Shown: positions 30,906 through 42,623 of the stretch, in pieces | Layout: every line of letters starts with the position of its first letter | How positions within the stretch are numbered: the stretch's first letter is position 1 | Source: a virus | IMG/VR virus record: IMGVR_UViG_3300024581_003238 | Span: 15,988-79,987 of that record | Length of the DNA stretch: 64,000 nt | Direction: 5' to 3' (one strand) | The notes under the pieces: model-generated | Databases searched by the model: none | What the model saw: only the letters and a program-made list of their open reading frames with translations | Told to the model about the DNA's origin: nothing | Made by a program: the position numbers and the translations under genes

Positions 30906-31586
30906 ATGTTTTTTAAAAAAAGAAAACCAAGTCATTTCATAGTATATTTTCTCTATAAGAATGAGGAAAGAAGACTCTATAATTTTTTATCTAAAATAAC
31001 GCACAGTGTTATTGGATCAACAAATGATGTAGATGACATTATAAATAAAATTAGGGTATTTGTTAAAAAGAATGAAGGTTTAAAATTAGACCAAATTAAT
31101 TTAACAAGTTATGGTGATGGTTATTCTATTGTTATGGGTTTAACTGATGAAGATGTGATTAGAATAATCGACGAATTAAAACCTATTATTCATAGTAAAA
31201 CAAGGATAATGACCACTACGTGTTTTAGTGGTTCGACTCTAAGAAAATTAGTAGAATTATCAGAACATTATGGTGGATTGGAAGTATATGGTCTGTTAGG
31301 TGAATATACCTTATCCTCAAAGATGAATAAGTGTAAATGTAAAGACAAGGGATATAGTCAAAGAGTTATTCACGGATTACCTAAAAGTAGATGGGGGTTT
31401 GATTACGACGCGGTTAAAGTCGTGAACACATACCGAAGAGACGAAGGTGAAAAGGTTAATTGGAAAAGAGGGGGAATGGCGTATGAATATGATAAACTTA
31501 TGGTTAAAGAGGGTGTGTGTGATTTAAATCAAAAACAACCACATACACTGTTAAGATCGATAGTAAATTATTTATTCAATATATAG
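30906..31586 (+). CDS. Hypothetical basic protein inserted in structural operon
   Basis: Open frame with ATG 30906 right after the upstream stop; Lys-rich, unlike its acidic neighbours. Confidence 0.55.
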   Translation: MFFKKRKPSHFIVYFLYKNEERRLYNFLSKITHSVIGSTNDVDDIINKIRVFVKKNEGLKLDQINLTSYGDGYSIVMGLTDEDVIRIIDELKPIIHSKTRIMTTTCFSGSTLRKLVELSEHYGGLEVYGLLGEYTLSSKMNKCKCKDKGYSQRVIHGLPKSRWGFDYDAVKVVNTYRRDEGEKVNWKRGGMAYEYDKLMVKEGVCDLNQKQPHTLLRSIVNYLFNI

Positions 31587-31588
31587 TA

Positions 31589-33346
31589 ATGAAAAATAGA
31601 AAGATAGTTGCACCAAGTAAGAGATACAAAAAGGCGGAGTCAGAAGACCTATCACTTCGTATTGGTGTTGAGCGCTCCGAAAAACTCATGAGAGAGGGCG
31701 ATAAAAACATCATTCTTGACATCGCAGAACTATATAGGAAAGAAAGAAACGAAAGTTCTAATTATAAGATTTACGGTAAATTAAATATGGTTTTTAGAAA
31801 CCTCTATAAGGGACAATCACCATACGAACCACTATTAAATAATTTATATTTAACCACAGACGTATATGATCCTGACGAATATGAGGGATATAAATCATAT
31901 AATGAATTTGGTTTTTTACGGAGAGACTATGTGAGAGAAATTTCTAATCCAACGTCAAATAGTGTGGGTGATTATTCACAGAACATTTCTTTGAGTGGAC
32001 AAACAGGACACATAGATTTCGGTCAGGTAGATGCACCGTTTATGAATTGGAACATATACTTAACTTATGTTTATGAAAATGATTCTAATTACCCTATGAA
32101 ATATGCGTTATCGGGTAACACTGTGTACGATTTTGATTCGTCAATGGGTATACCATTTAGAGTGACGGATAAAGGAACATACTATGAGTTAACAAGTCCC
32201 GTAAAACATAATATGTCACAGGGAGAGTATGTGGTACTTTCAGGTAGTTCGATTAGTTCTGGTACTAACTCTGATAGGATATTCAATATAAATTCTGTGG
32301 GTAATGAAATATACGATTCCAATTATTATACAATTAATCTAAATAAATCTGATTTTACATCGTCACAATCAATAAGTGGGGTTGTGTTCGGTAGAAGATG
32401 TTTAGATAAATCAGACATTGCAAAAACAATCTCAAATTATTACGTTAGAAAACATAAGACAATAACTACCGTTGACGATTACATTTTAGATAATGCGGGT
32501 TTTGAATCTCCAATTTTTGAAATAGAAAGAAAATTACAATTTGATACCGCCGATGATAGAAACGATATTTATGTCGAACGAAATAGACCCGAAAGTGTAT
32601 TATATCATTTTAAAAATAGTATAGATTTAAGTAAATACAGGAATAACTACGGTTATGTACCAACAGAGGTTTACCTAACAACTATTTTTAGAAATGCAAA
32701 TGGGTACTTCAATTATCCACCAAGAATGGGTTGGAGATTTAATATGCATGATACGTGGATAGACGATCAATTCGACAGTGCGTTTATAGGTAGTGATACT
32801 AATTTACCCTCAAGCACTTTTTCACAAAGTGGTATAACGTTTACAAAAGGAGAAGAGATACCAACAGGTACTACATTATACGGTGATTATGTTGAATTTA
32901 ATAATGTAGATTTTAAAGAGGTGGTCATTTCGGACTCCTTTCATAAAATTAGTTCGAATAAAGATGTTTTTGACCATGACCAAGATAATAATTTAACTTA
33001 CATCGGTGCGTCAATAAATAATCCATCAGGTTATTTATATAAGATACACCATAGAATTAAATTGAGAGAATTATCACCATATATCGAAACAGCAGACACT
33101 AATGACATTTTAAACTTACCCGATAACACTACGTATGATGAGTACATAGGATTATGGAAATGGAGAGATTTATATGATCATGGGTATATAGATCCTGATG
33201 GTTACGGTACTAACTTCCCGTTTAACAATAATCAACACTACGTCAAGAATGACATAAACTTCTATTTTAGAAATGAAGATACCTTTAGAAATAAAGGGTA
33301 TGGAATAACAAATCTAAGGGGAGAAGAAGGAGATGATATATGTTAA
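31589..33346 (+). CDS. Putative structural protein (585 aa)
   Basis: Tightly packed in the baseplate operon; Asn/Tyr/Ser-rich beta-type composition. Confidence 0.55.
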   Translation: MKNRKIVAPSKRYKKAESEDLSLRIGVERSEKLMREGDKNIILDIAELYRKERNESSNYKIYGKLNMVFRNLYKGQSPYEPLLNNLYLTTDVYDPDEYEGYKSYNEFGFLRRDYVREISNPTSNSVGDYSQNISLSGQTGHIDFGQVDAPFMNWNIYLTYVYENDSNYPMKYALSGNTVYDFDSSMGIPFRVTDKGTYYELTSPVKHNMSQGEYVVLSGSSISSGTNSDRIFNINSVGNEIYDSNYYTINLNKSDFTSSQSISGVVFGRRCLDKSDIAKTISNYYVRKHKTITTVDDYILDNAGFESPIFEIERKLQFDTADDRNDIYVERNRPESVLYHFKNSIDLSKYRNNYGYVPTEVYLTTIFRNANGYFNYPPRMGWRFNMHDTWIDDQFDSAFIGSDTNLPSSTFSQSGITFTKGEEIPTGTTLYGDYVEFNNVDFKEVVISDSFHKISSNKDVFDHDQDNNLTYIGASINNPSGYLYKIHHRIKLRELSPYIETADTNDILNLPDNTTYDEYIGLWKWRDLYDHGYIDPDGYGTNFPFNNNQHYVKNDINFYFRNEDTFRNKGYGITNLRGEEGDDIC

Positions 33347-34147
33347 ATGAAAATTAGGTTCGACGGTAACGAAAAAAACTTATTACTTAATAAGACTCAA
33401 GAATTTAGGGTAGATTCGGGTTGGGATGAAAATTTCCAAACATTTGAGGATGAGGTTCTAAAAGAAATAATCAATCCGATAGAAAATTATGAAACCTGTA
33501 GGTATATACATAAACCCTACACGTCTAACGGAATTGAACAAACAGATATTTGGTTTTATTTCTATTTTTTAAATTCATCAAATAACTATTCCTTAGATTA
33601 TGTTAATCAGGGATTAGATCAAACGAGTAAACTTTTAGCTGACGTAAAAAATAGTTTTTTCAGGTTGGAGTTCTATAAGACACCTGAAAATGATCCACCT
33701 AATAGATCTAATAGAAGGTTGGTCTTTGCAAAGAATTTATCATTACCTATTGGGGAAAGGGTCTATGTTGACAGTATCGATAGTCAAATGTTTATTCCTG
33801 TTTTTATGGGTTCTAATTATAAAAACAAAGAGAACATGTATCTTTTTTGGTTTGAAGATGATACTGTTTTGGAGGAAACCACATTAACGGGTACCACATT
33901 TTATATGACAGCAAAATTCTATAATGCTGTTGATGGTAGTAAGGTTCAATTTGCGAATAAACAAATAACTAACACTTCCACTGTAGTGGAGGAAGAGGAT
34001 TTATATTTTATTGTTGAAATGGATAGGGACAATGCACCGTCATACCATTATACAATATTACAGTACAACGGTACCGCACCGTATGGTAGTGATCGAAGAG
34101 GTGAAAGTTCTGATCCAATAAAATTTTATGAAATACCCACCACATAA
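33347..34147 (+). CDS. Putative structural protein (266 aa)
   Basis: Abuts neighbours on both sides in the structural operon. Confidence 0.55.
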   Translation: MKIRFDGNEKNLLLNKTQEFRVDSGWDENFQTFEDEVLKEIINPIENYETCRYIHKPYTSNGIEQTDIWFYFYFLNSSNNYSLDYVNQGLDQTSKLLADVKNSFFRLEFYKTPENDPPNRSNRRLVFAKNLSLPIGERVYVDSIDSQMFIPVFMGSNYKNKENMYLFWFEDDTVLEETTLTGTTFYMTAKFYNAVDGSKVQFANKQITNTSTVVEEEDLYFIVEMDRDNAPSYHYTILQYNGTAPYGSDRRGESSDPIKFYEIPTT

Positions 34148-35064
34148 TGGATAAGAAATACTATAAAATATTAAGATCAACGACAGGACTAACACATAAC
34201 ATACCTGTGTATTTAAATTGTGGTGCATATGAGATGGGTGGTATGGTTGGTTTTGAGGGGGACATCGAACAAGTGGAACAAATTACCAATTTCAACTACG
34301 AACATACAGGTGGTAATACAATTAGATTATATAATACTGTTAATAGAGATGTTTTAAAAATAATTAAAAATGAAACATTTACTATTGATTGGGGTGATGG
34401 ATCAACTGATACTATAGGTGTTGGTATGGGGACAAATTTAGAATTTGTAGATCATACATTTTCATCCGCAAACACATTTGAAGTAACAATTACTTTAAAT
34501 AATAATTGGACTAAAAGAAAATTAAGTAAAAAAATTACAGTTCCTAAAGATATAACTATTACAAATCCAAACGGAACCTTTGGTCCATTTACACTCCCTT
34601 ACACAACGGGAGTCACAATAAACCAAAATTTTATAAACGATTTAGATTACGAAGAACAAGATTCTGACGCGACCATATATTTTGCAGCAAAAGGTAGGAG
34701 TAGATTAAGTGAATTAAAAAGGTATGGGGAAAATACATACCAAGGCACAACAACAGGTACGGATAGTGTAGGTAGTTATACGGAATATACGATTGATAAT
34801 TTAGTCTATAAGGATTATGATGACGGAATTACTACAATCACAGGATCAACAACAAATTTTGAGAAGGAAGAAGTCTTTAATGAGATGTTAACTAGAAACG
34901 AACATTTCATTGGTTTTATTGACGAACCAAGTATTTTTTCCGATGTATTTGTTGAAAGAGGTAAGCAAGGAGTTTTAGAAATGAATTTAAGATTGGGGGA
35001 AATCGATAACGTAGGTGAATTAGATATCTACGGAAACGGATTTTTCCAAGTTAAAAAACAATAG
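34147..35064 (+). CDS. Structural protein with PKD-like domain
   Basis: FTIDWGDGS...HTFSSANTFEVTITL is a PKD/Ig-like signature. Confidence 0.6.
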   Translation: MDKKYYKILRSTTGLTHNIPVYLNCGAYEMGGMVGFEGDIEQVEQITNFNYEHTGGNTIRLYNTVNRDVLKIIKNETFTIDWGDGSTDTIGVGMGTNLEFVDHTFSSANTFEVTITLNNNWTKRKLSKKITVPKDITITNPNGTFGPFTLPYTTGVTINQNFINDLDYEEQDSDATIYFAAKGRSRLSELKRYGENTYQGTTTGTDSVGSYTEYTIDNLVYKDYDDGITTITGSTTNFEKEEVFNEMLTRNEHFIGFIDEPSIFSDVFVERGKQGVLEMNLRLGEIDNVGELDIYGNGFFQVKKQ

Positions 35065-35089
35065 AATAATATTTATTAATTAAAAGATT

Positions 35090-36004
35090 ATGGCAGTAGG
35101 TAGTTATGGTACAGTAAGACCGGCAGATGTTTCTCCAGCAGACGTGGAAATTTTCTATCATTACGTTTCAGGTAGAACATCAACGGCACCTGTACAATTT
35201 AAAAAATTAAATTCGGAAGATATATTAACACCTGTTTATCACAATGCTGATACAACAGATGCTGCTAACGCAATAGACACAGAAATTTTAGGTGGATTAT
35301 ACAATTTAAAATTGGATTCATCTGACTTTGACGATCTAGGTGTTTACACTTTACATCTAAGACCGAAACAAATAAGAACATCCATAACGGATTGTGGTGT
35401 GTTAGCATCACTTCCGTCTGTGAGAGGGTTAATCATTGATTTGAGTAACGTACCCTCAGTCGATAGAAATAAATTCACACCTCAAGGATTGGTTGGGTAT
35501 AGAATTGAATACCTAAATAGTGACGGTAGTAAGACCCCTAATTTTTACAGGGTTGTTACTTCATCATTTTATTGTACACCAATTACATCTAATTTGACAA
35601 GTACGACGCAAAAGGCGATAAGATATCAGTATACGGACCAAACTACAAATTTATTGTTTTTGACTGTTACACCATCTTCGGCACCATCAAATAGACCTAA
35701 TACGGTACCTTTTATTGGTGAACCGTCTCAAAATATAATTTTATCAAACACATTCTTTAATCCAACTACGGTTGAAATTGAGATGGTTGAACATGATGAG
35801 ACAACACTGGCATATGCGTTCTACGGTAATCAGACTAAATCGATATCTGACGGTATCTATACAATTTATACTGGTGACAACAATATCTACAAACAATTTA
35901 ACTTGTTTGAAGTAAGAGATGAGTTCAACGAAACACTTTACGAAGTTAGAGAAGAGAGGGACGAAATTGATGAAACTAAGAATTTTGATGACATCACAGA
36001 ATAA
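35090..36004 (+). CDS. Putative baseplate structural protein (304 aa)
   Basis: Preceded by TATTTATT (35070-35077) and coupled to the next gene. Confidence 0.55.
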   Translation: MAVGSYGTVRPADVSPADVEIFYHYVSGRTSTAPVQFKKLNSEDILTPVYHNADTTDAANAIDTEILGGLYNLKLDSSDFDDLGVYTLHLRPKQIRTSITDCGVLASLPSVRGLIIDLSNVPSVDRNKFTPQGLVGYRIEYLNSDGSKTPNFYRVVTSSFYCTPITSNLTSTTQKAIRYQYTDQTTNLLFLTVTPSSAPSNRPNTVPFIGEPSQNIILSNTFFNPTTVEIEMVEHDETTLAYAFYGNQTKSISDGIYTIYTGDNNIYKQFNLFEVRDEFNETLYEVREERDEIDETKNFDDITE

Positions 36005-39000
36005 TGGCAAAAAGAAAAGTTCCAAGTCAAGCGAGTAGCGGAAGGGAAACCTTTAATGATAACTTGATCGGTAATCAAATTACTGACGGGTCTAGTCAAT
36101 TGACTGCAACAAACTTTTCTTTAGACAACACTATACCTGAAAGAGACACTAAACAATTTAGGTCTGTACCCTTTTCTGAATTTCTTACAATAGAAGATCT
36201 AAAAGAAGAAACAGATGGACCAAAATCAAAATCTAAAAGGTCTGTTAAAAAAGAGGGTAAAGTTAAGTTCAGACAAAACAAAGAGGCGGGTTCTAAGACA
36301 CTTTTTGGGTCTTTAAGTAAAAGACTATCATCTTCAGTAAAAAATATAATAGATCAGTTCCCTGCGGGTTTCTTTATTGACAAGGATACTCCAGTATCGT
36401 TCTCACAATACACCGCAGAAAGTATTAGTTATGACACTAAAGCAAGAACTACAACTTTAAAATTTGAGAAATCAAAAATATTTAATCCGTTAGACATTAT
36501 TATTGACAAACCGTTAAGTAATGTACAACCTGAGGTAAGTAATAGTTTTAGAAACTTTTTTGATAGTTATTCGAAATATTCTTTAGTGATCGATGGGGTA
36601 GATTACCCTATTCTTAGTTATACTCAGGCGGGTGTTGACGGACTTATAAAAATAAAAGTTAAAGGTAAACCATTTAATGGTGTAACCTATAGTGAGAGTT
36701 TCTTAATTAGACCTATAGAAGAGGTTGTCGAAGAATTTTTTGAGAGTTTAGATGATTTAGAAAAACTTATCTTAGATAGAGAGTCAACACCAAAGTACAC
36801 TGCCGAGTTTAAATTACCACAAGATTCTTTAGACGGATCTAAAACTGAAACAACAACTACAAGAATAACATGGCCATTATTCAAAGATGGTTGGAATATT
36901 AAGATAGGTGGGACTGATTATGTTACTTACCTTGAAAAATTAAAATCAATAGGTGATGAGGTGGATCAATATAAGTCCAACTTAATTGCTAGATTTTTAA
37001 CTACCGCATCTTTAAATGAATTTGACACTCAAGATCAAAGAATGTCTTCCATGTTCCAAATATATGGTAGTGGTTTTGATTCGGTAAAAAAATTCATTGA
37101 TAACATAGCTTACATGAGAAATGTGAGTTATGATAAAATAAATAATATACCTGATGTTCTTTTAAAAAACCTATCAAACACACTAGGTTTGGATTCTGTG
37201 AATCTATTTGATGAGAAGAGTTTAGATCAAACACTTTACTCAAGGATTGACAGTCAATTTGAAGGAATAAACCTTGGGTTGAATATGGTTGAGGCCGAGG
37301 CCGAGTTCTACCGAAGATTAGTAATTAATTTAGTAAGAATATATAAATCTAAAGGTACTCGAAAATCAATAGAGTTTTTTTTAAGATTCATAGGTGCACC
37401 AGAACCCCTAATTAAAATTAATGAACATGTTTACGAATATGAGGATGTTAGAAAAACATCGGAAGATATTGATAGTGACATATATGATTTAACACAAAAC
37501 ACGAAAACATTCACTATTGGTGAAATTGATAGTTCTACATTTAACTATAGTGGAATAACAACCACAGGGTCTACGACTTACCAAATGGGTGAGTACCCTA
37601 TAGTTTTGACAGGATCAACTAGATATGGGGATGTCCAAAAAATAGTAAGTGAGGGTAATGATGTGTTTTTTCAAAAAGGTGCTGGTTGGTATGAAATTAC
37701 ATTACAACACAGATCTTCGACCGAATTAGATGTTGAAAATTCTAATTTATTATCAAACCCAAAAGTAATAAAAACTAAAAATAAAAATTTCACCTATGGT
37801 GAAGATTATTTTGACTTATATAGACAGTTTTATGGTTTAGATTATGGACATGAATTACATAATACTATTGATAATGATAAGGTAGAATTATTAACCGATA
37901 CAGATTCAAAAAAATTAAATAGAAAAAATATACAAATCTATCTTTCATCTGCACAGGGTATTGATTATGATGTTTACAGACAATCGAGAGATTTAGAGGT
38001 TACGTTTGGACTTAAAACTCTAAGTCCACAAACAGGATTTACGTTCGCTGAGTACATGGATAATTTACTTAATGAACAAATTAGAAATTCACATATTGTT
38101 AAGTACCAAAAATCTTATATCCAACTCGAAGATGTTTATTGGGGTTACTTAGATAAAGTAGGTACTCCTTATAGTTTCCCGACAGTCAATGAATTCATAA
38201 ATAAAATGAGTCCTCATTGGGTTGAGATTATAGAACAGTTTGTTCCTGCCACTACATTATGGACAGGTGGTAATATATTAGAAAATAGTCGTATCGGTAG
38301 ATCTAAACATGATTATGAAAAACCGTGTGTGATTGAACAAGTTGAGGATAATTTATATCCTAAACTTGGGTTTGAACATTCAATAGAAGAGGATCTGGAA
38401 GTGTACTATTTGGGTGATAAAGATCTATTTAGAGGTTTAACGGTTGTAAGTGGTGTAACCTATGTACTAAAAATAGTACTTATGGGTGATATATACACCG
38501 CATCTTCACCAATCACACTTACAGGTGGAGATCTATTTGATCCATTTGTTTCTACATCTGAGTGTACAACTATTAATGACGTTGTTTTCGATGGTGGTGA
38601 AAAGTTTGATGGGTCTATCCATTTACCACTAATATGTGACTTTAAATGTAATTTAAACCCTGATAGGGATGTATTAAATCCACTGTGGATTAATCGGGTA
38701 AATGACATATTCACTCAGATAAACGAAAAATATTATACTAAAACATCGTACACGGGATACGATACCATAAGTAATCATGCGGGTGGGGAATCCTACGAAA
38801 GAATAACAGGAAACACCCAAACGACAGATGAAAATCAAACCATTGAAGATGGTTTTAATACCGAATTGTCAACTAACGGTGAAAATTATGGGTATGAAAA
38901 CGTACCTATTGTTTCTCATGAATTTTATACTGATAGTGATGGTGTCGAAAAGATAAGGATTACACCATTCACATATGACACCCAATTATACGTTATAAAT

Positions 39001-42000
39001 CCTGAATACCCCTATAATGGAGACCAATACATTCCTGCGGATTTAGATTGTTTAGACCTAAGTACTTTTGATTTCTATTGGGAATCAACTTACTTAACGG
39101 GCACAACACAATGTGATCCTAAAGTTGATGTTTATGGTCCTGGTACTTTCTACACACTACCTGAAGATAGTGATGATTGTATTTTAATGGAGGATGTGTA
39201 TTTCGAAGTTTCGGGAGTTACATTTGGTAATGAGGATACTGTTGATGATGGTGATCCGTGTACTGATTGTCCTCCTTATAACACTAGTTGGCCGTTAAAT
39301 ATATTCATAGATTGTGTTGGTGGATATAATGAAGACATCAGTGGTCATACATATACTGTTGACCATGTATCGGGATGTACTTTTGTTATATATAATGTTA
39401 GAGAAAATGATGTAATCGATATTTCTATAACCGACGCGGCGAACTGTGACCAAAAAGTAAGGATAGAAGGATTACAACAAAAATTTGAATGGGACCCTGT
39501 TGATGGTGATGATGTAACTACATCGAGAAGTCATTATTTACAATATTCTTTTGAAAGTTATGCGGATGGGGATGATCCTATTAATTCGTCACCACTTGAA
39601 AGTCAATCGGGTATTACGTTCTGTGATAATTATTCGGGGTATACACTACAACCTATTGTACAATACAGACCGACATTCGATTATGGTCTTAGACAAAATA
39701 CTAAAGTTATAAAAGTTAATAATGGTGTTGTTCTCGATGGTAACACAACTTGGGATCAAATACAAACTTATTTTGATGACAATACTTTAGAAAAAATAAA
39801 CATCGAAAACGTTGTGATTGGAGATCGATTACTTTCAGGAGTATACAAAGATTGTCCTTTCTCAACTCAAGATTATAGAGACGCGGTTATTAGTGGATAC
39901 TCTTTCTCTTATGACTACAAAGTGGTAACAGTCGAAAATAAAGATTGTTTGGGTTCCACTAAGATCAATAAAATAAATGAAAGGTTTAGTTTTTTACCTA
40001 ACACAAGATTGTGGGTAATGACTAAAACAATGGAAGATGGTACTCAGGGTGAGAATTGGAGATTTACTGAAAAATATCCTGAAGAACTATACCCAAGACC
40101 TGAAGATCCAACAGATCCTTGTTGTACCTATCAGGTTGGTTACTATGAAAGTGGTGATTTCATATTTAACGAACATGGTTTCCCTATAGAGGTACTAAAA
40201 GTCGATTTGGATTACTGTGCTAGAGATTTATTTTATCATTTAAATGTTAGTCCAACATCAGTTTATGATATTCCAACTAACTGTTCTGAAGTTATCCTTT
40301 TCAATGGGGACTCTGAAGATTGTGTATTAGTTGGACATGACGAACAGAAGTTTGAGAATTTGGACATGAAAATGCAACAATACTTCCAAGATAGGTTAGA
40401 TTGTTCAGACATGCCGGATATTGATGAGTTGGAAAGAGATCTAACAGGATTGGAGGATTGTGATAATATAAATGTCTTTAAACTTAAACATTATACTTCA
40501 GGAGAAATAAAATACGGTAAATTGGACCCCGCGTTTAGTATCGGGGATATTGTTACAGTTATAACACATGTACCTTTAGGTGCATCGGTACAGAGACTAT
40601 CACCAGGTAAAGATTGTTGGGAAATTATTGCTAAAACATATCAACCAAATATCGATTACGATTTGGTCGAAATATGTACAGATTTATTAACCCCAACTCC
40701 GTCACCAACAACCAGTCCGACACCTACTCCAACACCATCACCTAGTCCTACGGCAACACCAACACCAACAATTAGTCCTACCCCTACTAGTACACCAACG
40801 CCAACACCTACTGGTACACCCACACCAACACCTACTAGTACACCAACGCCAACACCTACTGGTACACCCACACCAACACCTACTAGTACACCAACGCCAA
40901 CTCCAACACCAAACTGTGATTTTGATGTAGATACTAATATAGTAACTCCAACACCTACACCTACCGCAAACTGTGATTTTGATATAGATATAGAAGTTGT
41001 AACTCCCACACCCACTCCCACACCATCACCAACACCGAATTGTGATTTTGACGTAGACATTGATGTTGTTACGCCAACTCCTACCCCCACACCATCACCA
41101 ACACCAAATTGCGACTTTGATATAGATGTGGATGTGGTAACTCCAACACCAACACCAACAACCAGTCCTACACCTACACCTACCGCCACACCCAACTGTG
41201 ACTTTGATGTAGATGTGGATGTAGTAACACCTACACCTACTCCAAGTCCTACAGGTACACCTACTCCAACACCAACACCTAACTGTGATTTTGATATAGA
41301 TGTAGATGTAGTGACTCCAACACCTACTCCGAGTCCAACAAGTACAGCAACACCTACCCCAACTCCAGATTGTGATTTCGATATTGATGTTGACGTGGTA
41401 ACACCTACACCTACACCATCACCTAGCCCAACAAATACACCTACCCCAAGTCCTACAAGTAGTCCAACACCTACTCCGACACCAAATTGTGATTTTGATA
41501 TTGATGTTGATGTTGTCACACCTACCCCAACACCATCACCTAGCCCGACTAATACACCTACTAATACTCCAACAAGTACGCCTACTAACACACCAACACC
41601 GAGCCCAACAAATACTCCTACTCCAACCCCAACACCTAACTGTGACTTCGATATAGATGTTGACGTGGTAACACCTACACCTACACCATCACCAAGTCCG
41701 ACTAACACACCATCACCAACCCCAACAAGTACGGAGACACCTACCCCCACACCAACTCCATCACCTACCCCAAATTGTGATTTTGATATTGATGTTGATG
41801 TGGTAACTCCTACACCAACACCATCACCTACAGCAAGTAGTACACCTACACCAACGGCAAGTAGTACTCCAACCCCAACACCAAGTCCAAGTCCTACTAA
41901 TACCCCTACACCAAGCCCAACACCGAATTGTGATTTTGATATAGATGTAGATGTAGTAACTCCTACACCTACTCCAAGTCCTACAAGTAGCCCAACACCA

Positions 42001-42594
42001 AGTCCTACGGCGACCCCTACTAATACACCAACACCATCACCTACTACTAGCCCTACGGCAACTCCAACACCATCACCTAGTCCTACGGCGACACCTACCC
42101 CAACACCAACACCTACAGGAATTGATTGTCCAATCCCTTGTACCACAACAATAAATTCGGACTTGTTTATTTCAACAAGTTCTGATCTTAGTGGTGTTAA
42201 TATAAAAGATTTAGGTGGTTATTGTAACGAAGTTAGGGACGTTAATGGTGATGTTCAGTCTACAAATGGTGAAGAGTGGTACTATGATATTAATACTTGT
42301 CTTGTATATGGAAGAACTTACAATGATCCTAATGGAACTACATGTATCGGTGAATATGTTAATCCTGTGGGAACCGAAGTAAATTCTTTTGTACATACTG
42401 ACGGAACATTAAGTCCGACAATTTCAGGTAATAAACTATTTGATTCGGATATAAGATTTATAGATAATAATAATAATGCAATTGTAATTATAACAGAGTG
42501 GAATTCGACATTAACTTCATTATTACATGTCCACATATTATGTGATTGTAGTTTTGAGGGATCAGCGAATGAAACGGTAATAGACCCTGTATAA
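36004..42594 (+). CDS. Baseplate wedge protein (gp7 / P2 gpI-like) extended by Cys-rich region and Pro/Thr scaffold
   Basis: [29 protein letters not shown] is the gpI/gp7-like motif. The C-terminal part is (TP)n with 11 NCDFDxDxDVV units. Confidence 0.7.
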   Translation: MAKRKVPSQASSGRETFNDNLIGNQITDGSSQLTATNFSLDNTIPERDTKQFRSVPFSEFLTIEDLKEETDGPKSKSKRSVKKEGKVKFRQNKEAGSKTLFGSLSKRLSSSVKNIIDQFPAGFFIDKDTPVSFSQYTAESISYDTKARTTTLKFEKSKIFNPLDIIIDKPLSNVQPEVSNSFRNFFDSYSKYSLVIDGVDYPILSYTQAGVDGLIKIKVKGKPFNGVTYSESFLIRPIEEVVEEFFESLDDLEKLILDRESTPKYTAEFKLPQDSLDGSKTETTTTRITWPLFKDGWNIKIGGTDYVTYLEKLKSIGDEVDQYKSNLIARFLTTASLNEFDTQDQRMSSMFQIYGSGFDSVKKFIDNIAYMRNVSYDKINNIPDVLLKNLSNTLGLDSVNLFDEKSLDQTLYSRIDSQFEGINLGLNMVEAEAEFYRRLVINLVRIYKSKGTRKSIEFFLRFIGAPEPLIKINEHVYEYEDVRKTSEDIDSDIYDLTQNTKTFTIGEIDSSTFNYSGITTTGSTTYQMGEYPIVLTGSTRYGDVQKIVSEGNDVFFQKGAGWYEITLQHRSSTELDVENSNLLSNPKVIKTKNKNFTYGEDYFDLYRQFYGLDYGHELHNTIDNDKVELLTDTDSKKLNRKNIQIYLSSAQGIDYDVYRQSRDLEVTFGLKTLSPQTGFTFAEYMDNLLNEQIRNSHIVKYQKSYIQLEDVYWGYLDKVGTPYSFPTVNEFINKMSPHWVEIIEQFVPATTLWTGGNILENSRIGRSKHDYEKPCVIEQVEDNLYPKLGFEHSIEEDLEVYYLGDKDLFRGLTVVSGVTYVLKIVLMGDIYTASSPITLTGGDLFDPFVSTSECTTINDVVFDGGEKFDGSIHLPLICDFKCNLNPDRDVLNPLWINRVNDIFTQINEKYYTKTSYTGYDTISNHAGGESYERITGNTQTTDENQTIEDGFNTELSTNGENYGYENVPIVSHEFYTDSDGVEKIRITPFTYDTQLYVINPEYPYNGDQYIPADLDCLDLSTFDFYWESTYLTGTTQCDPKVDVYGPGTFYTLPEDSDDCILMEDVYFEVSGVTFGNEDTVDDGDPCTDCPPYNTSWPLNIFIDCVGGYNEDISGHTYTVDHVSGCTFVIYNVRENDVIDISITDAANCDQKVRIEGLQQKFEWDPVDGDDVTTSRSHYLQYSFESYADGDDPINSSPLESQSGITFCDNYSGYTLQPIVQYRPTFDYGLRQNTKVIKVNNGVVLDGNTTWDQIQTYFDDNTLEKINIENVVIGDRLLSGVYKDCPFSTQDYRDAVISGYSFSYDYKVVTVENKDCLGSTKINKINERFSFLPNTRLWVMTKTMEDGTQGENWRFTEKYPEELYPRPEDPTDPCCTYQVGYYESGDFIFNEHGFPIEVLKVDLDYCARDLFYHLNVSPTSVYDIPTNCSEVILFNGDSEDCVLVGHDEQKFENLDMKMQQYFQDRLDCSDMPDIDELERDLTGLEDCDNINVFKLKHYTSGEIKYGKLDPAFSIGDIVTVITHVPLGASVQRLSPGKDCWEIIAKTYQPNIDYDLVEICTDLLTPTPSPTTSPTPTPTPSPSPTATPTPTISPTPTSTPTPTPTGTPTPTPTSTPTPTPTGTPTPTPTSTPTPTPTPNCDFDVDTNIVTPTPTPTANCDFDIDIEVVTPTPTPTPSPTPNCDFDVDIDVVTPTPTPTPSPTPNCDFDIDVDVVTPTPTPTTSPTPTPTATPNCDFDVDVDVVTPTPTPSPTGTPTPTPTPNCDFDIDVDVVTPTPTPSPTSTATPTPTPDCDFDIDVDVVTPTPTPSPSPTNTPTPSPTSSPTPTPTPNCDFDIDVDVVTPTPTPSPSPTNTPTNTPTSTPTNTPTPSPTNTPTPTPTPNCDFDIDVDVVTPTPTPSPSPTNTPSPTPTSTETPTPTPTPSPTPNCDFDIDVDVVTPTPTPSPTASSTPTPTASSTPTPTPSPSPTNTPTPSPTPNCDFDIDVDVVTPTPTPSPTSSPTPSPTATPTNTPTPSPTTSPTATPTPSPSPTATPTPTPTPTGIDCPIPCTTTINSDLFISTSSDLSGVNIKDLGGYCNEVRDVNGDVQSTNGEEWYYDINTCLVYGRTYNDPNGTTCIGEYVNPVGTEVNSFVHTDGTLSPTISGNKLFDSDIRFIDNNNNAIVIITEWNSTLTSLLHVHILCDCSFEGSANETVIDPV
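40690..42120 (+). repeat. Coding repeat: Pro/Thr linkers with 11 (N/D)CDFD(I/V)D(V/I)DVV units
   Basis: Cys codons at 40915, 40972, 41041, 41110, 41197, 41284, 41371, 41488, 41641, 41776 and 41929; synonymous codons differ among copies. Confidence 0.95.
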
Positions 42595-42623
42595 AACTAA
42601 AAAAAAAGTATATATTTTAAATA

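Noticed and set aside
40900-41960. CRISPR-like array (conserved ~33-nt units with variable spacers)
   Set aside because: Units vary at third codon positions, spacers are in-frame low-complexity PT codons of 24-120 nt, and no cas genes are present. It is a coding repeat.
40656-42146. 496-aa Val/Gly-rich ORF on the minus strand (also 42692-43078, 51106-51330, 52222-52425)
   Set aside because: These are antisense shadows of Thr-Pro codon repeats (ACN CCN), which rarely produce stop codons on the other strand.
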